A stretch of 62,961 nucleotides of DNA, counting the filler, from an uncultured bacterium (GTDB taxonomy: Bacteria > B130-G9), in NCBI GenBank assembly GCA_965372715.1. It is 7 parts of 7 records of this genome, joined end to end, with 100 filler letters (N's around TTAATTAATTAA, not from the genome) between each part and the next. Parts side by side here need not be neighbours in the genome. Positions count along the whole stretch, not along the records: positions 58,453 to 62,961 come from CBDVDH010000096.1; 6 more parts are not named here. One strand, 5' to 3'. The position numbers were made by a program, and so were the translations under genes. Positions 60,629 to 62,961 of this stretch are shown here, piece by piece. The notes under the pieces were generated by a model. The model worked only from the letters and a program-made list of their open reading frames with translations. It made no database searches and was not told the origin of the DNA. Position 1 is the first letter of the stretch. Each line of letters begins with the position of its first letter.

Positions 60629-60838
60629 GAGGCGCAACGCAGGTTGACAGTTCAGGTTGACCCAGGCAACCTATGCTTTGGAGGATTTGCACAGTTGCCT
60701 GCGTCACATAGGTGGGCAGAGGAGAAGAGGCTTCCCGTCGCACTTCTGTCCTGAAGACGCTGGCGGAGGCGCATTTACGGCGAATCGCAATGCCTAAAGA
60801 GGGCTGCACGTTCTGTTAGGAGCGGTTCTTAGCATGAG

Positions 60839-62377
60839 ATGGCGCGAATAGCCAGGATGTTCTTACTTCGGGCAGGAAAGGCCGTATCCAACCGGCCCTT
60901 GATATGGCTCATCACGGCCTTTGTCCTCTCACACGTTATGTATTACGCAATAGGGAGTCGTTTCGATGAAACGTCTCTTCTCACGTTCGCCCAGTATCTG
61001 GACCCGGAGCTTCTAAAGCACAATTTGCTGGAGAGCCTCCTATACCTACACAGCCAGCCCCCCCTCTTCAATCTGTTCCTGGGGATCGTTCTCAAGTGCT
61101 CTTTCTTGGACCCGAGCTTACTTTTTCAATGTGCCTATCTCGTCTGCGGGCTGGTTCTCTACTTCTCCCTGTTCTTTCTCCAGGTCAGGATGGGGGTAAA
61201 CAGGCCCCTTGCCTTTGTCATCAGCACCGCGTTTATGGCGAGTCCCTCGTTCATCAAATATGAGCATTGGCTGTTCTACACACTCCCACTGACTGCTGTG
61301 CTCACATTGTCCGGCCTGCTGCTGCTGGGGTTCTTGGAAAGGAAACGCTTCTGGCTCGGCTTTTGGTTCTTCTCCTCGCTGTTTGTTTTGGCAGGTATTC
61401 GTTCGCTATTCCATATATCTTACTTCGCTCTAATAGTGGTAGCACTGGTGGCGCTCAATTGGCCTGACCGAAAGAAGGTGATGCTTAGCGCTTTAGTGCC
61501 GTTCGTGCTCATTCTGTCCCTTTATTGCAAGAATCTCGTTCTTTTTGGCAGATTCCAGACCAGTTCCTGGCTGGGCATCCACGCCTCAAAGATCACGACC
61601 CTTAATCTTTCAGAGCAACAGCGCAACCAGTTGGTGTCTGAGGGGAAGCTCTCCGAGCTGGCTTTGATCCATCGCTGGTCGCCCCTGGCGAAGTTCCCCC
61701 CCGAGTATCGAGACGTAAGCGGTTACGAGGACATCCCCGCTTTGAGGCAGGTCATCAAATCAACCGGTCTCACCAACTATAACCACCTGGCGTATTTAGC
61801 CATTTCCGAGCAATACCTCGAAGATTCTATACAGGTTGTGAGGCATCGCCCCAAGGCCTATCTCAACGGCGTGATGAAATCATGGCTGATCTACTTCACG
61901 CCTCGCGGGCATTTTGCCCCTCTGGAGGCGCCCTCGGCTCTGTCTTCGCTCAACAGCATCTACGACACGTTCTTCTACGGCAGAATACCTTACGATATGT
62001 CCCAAACAGGCGTTCTGCCTTTTTGTCTGATCCCAGGCTATCGCGTTTACCTCTTTCTGTTTATAGGTCTGCCGTTTTTATTCGCCTACGGGCTGATGCT
62101 GGCTCTGAGCAGGAGGTCTGCCAGCGCTGGGCTGGACCGCAATCGACGAATAGTGATCCTTTACATCTGCCTTGCCATGGCCTTCGTGGCGGTCCCTGGA
62201 AACCTGCTAGAGTTGACGGAGAACAACCGGTATAGGTTCTCGACAGAACCGTTTTCATTGGTATTGCTGGGCCTCTTCATCCAGTTCTTTCTGATACCCC
62301 GCCTGAGCCGAGCTCTGTGTCGAAGAGACTCCCGCCCGTGCGAAGCCCCTCAAGGTCCCAAGATGCACGAAGACTAG
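60839..62377 (+). CDS. Polytopic membrane protein, possibly GT-C-fold glycosyltransferase
   Basis: 512 aa with about 11-12 hydrophobic segments, an HSQPPLFN loop and a C-terminal NRYRF. Confidence 0.6.
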   Translation: MARIARMFLLRAGKAVSNRPLIWLITAFVLSHVMYYAIGSRFDETSLLTFAQYLDPELLKHNLLESLLYLHSQPPLFNLFLGIVLKCSFLDPSLLFQCAYLVCGLVLYFSLFFLQVRMGVNRPLAFVISTAFMASPSFIKYEHWLFYTLPLTAVLTLSGLLLLGFLERKRFWLGFWFFSSLFVLAGIRSLFHISYFALIVVALVALNWPDRKKVMLSALVPFVLILSLYCKNLVLFGRFQTSSWLGIHASKITTLNLSEQQRNQLVSEGKLSELALIHRWSPLAKFPPEYRDVSGYEDIPALRQVIKSTGLTNYNHLAYLAISEQYLEDSIQVVRHRPKAYLNGVMKSWLIYFTPRGHFAPLEAPSALSSLNSIYDTFFYGRIPYDMSQTGVLPFCLIPGYRVYLFLFIGLPFLFAYGLMLALSRRSASAGLDRNRRIVILYICLAMAFVAVPGNLLELTENNRYRFSTEPFSLVLLGLFIQFFLIPRLSRALCRRDSRPCEAPQGPKMHED

Positions 62378-62671
62378 CGCAGAAAGGGACAAACCCGCCC
62401 AAGGATCTTCGGAAAGCAGAGGGCCCGCCGGATTCCATGGAGCCCGCGCCTCCTTGGCTGACCTTCCACAGGCGCTTGCCTCTAGTGGTCTACCCAAACG
62501 TCCAGTAGGCACAGCGCAGGTCTATGGTATTCCAGATATTCCAGGCCTCCGTCTGCGCATCAAACCAGTACCACTGTCCCCGCTCCAGCTCCGGCGACTT
62601 ATCCCGCCGGAGCACTATCCAGGCGCTATCATAATCCCTTTGGACGGTGAGAGAGTGCCAGGCTGGGATGC

Positions 62672-62926
62672 TCTGTCTGGGCCACCGGACCGCCGAAAGA
62701 GAGTGAGAAGATTTGCGGCAAGCATCCCACGCAGAGGCCGCTTGAACTTCTCAGAAGAATCGTCCTTGCGACAACTCAAGAGGACGACCTGATTCTGGAC
62801 CCGTTCACCGGCAGCTCAACCAGCGGCCTCGCGGCATATCTTCGCGGACGTAGATTCGTAGGCATCGACACGGCGAGGAAGTATATCGACCTTTCTATCA
62901 AGAGGTTTAATCCGTATTATTCATAA
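62672..62926 (+). pseudogene. N4/N6 DNA methyltransferase C-terminal remnant
   Basis: SVW..GPPK..EK..GKHPTQRPLELLRRIV...ILDPFTGSSTSG...RRFVGID. In-frame TGA at 62648, no start, no DPPY half. Confidence 0.75.
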
Positions 62927-62961
62927 ACTCGCGATGCCATGAGGTGTGGGGCGGGCTTTCC
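62910..62961 (+). mobile_element. MITE family C, copy 4 (truncated by window end)
   Basis: TA|ATCCGTATTATTCATAAACTCGCGATGCCATGAGGTGTGGGGCGGGCTTTCC, near-identical to the start of copy 1. Confidence 0.8.

Overview
This window is not one continuous locus. It is seven contig pieces (1-10816, 10917-21209, 21310-30715, 30816-40200, 40301-49307, 49408-58352, 58453-62961) joined by artificial 100-nt N44-TTAATTAATTAA-N44 linkers, so gene neighbourhoods only hold within a piece. The organism is a diderm, probably anaerobic bacterium (lolCE/lolD, clpC, bamA, two skp, pilD, class III nrdD), likely a metagenome-assembled genome. Housekeeping content: split transketolase, family-4 UDG, the 3' half of 23S rRNA plus 5S rRNA, a wcaJ/pfkB/ugd/UDP-glucuronate decarboxylase cluster, a leuC/leuD-like pair, ltaE and a 2068-aa secreted S8 protease. 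Most notable observations: (1) two extra, diverged copies of the 3' end of a DUF362 gene (44874-44958, 45195-45292; gene end 46237-46340) sit among MNT/HEPN and AbiEi toxin-antitoxin genes and fragments, suggesting an integration hotspot that repeatedly replaces the gene's 3' end; (2) an exactly 178-bp TIR-bounded MITE carries an internal REP-like doublet, and a second MITE family is built the same way; (3) a GlmL-like actin-fold ATPase operon has no glutamate mutase on its contig; (4) a coiled-coil methyltransferase has seven 14-aa Trp repeats; (5) the 23S rRNA has C at the E. coli U2609 position; (6) an Nmad2-containing islet follows the 5S gene. No CRISPR array, tRNA, integrase, transposase or reverse transcriptase was found. 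All family assignments come from motif recognition by eye, not database searches.
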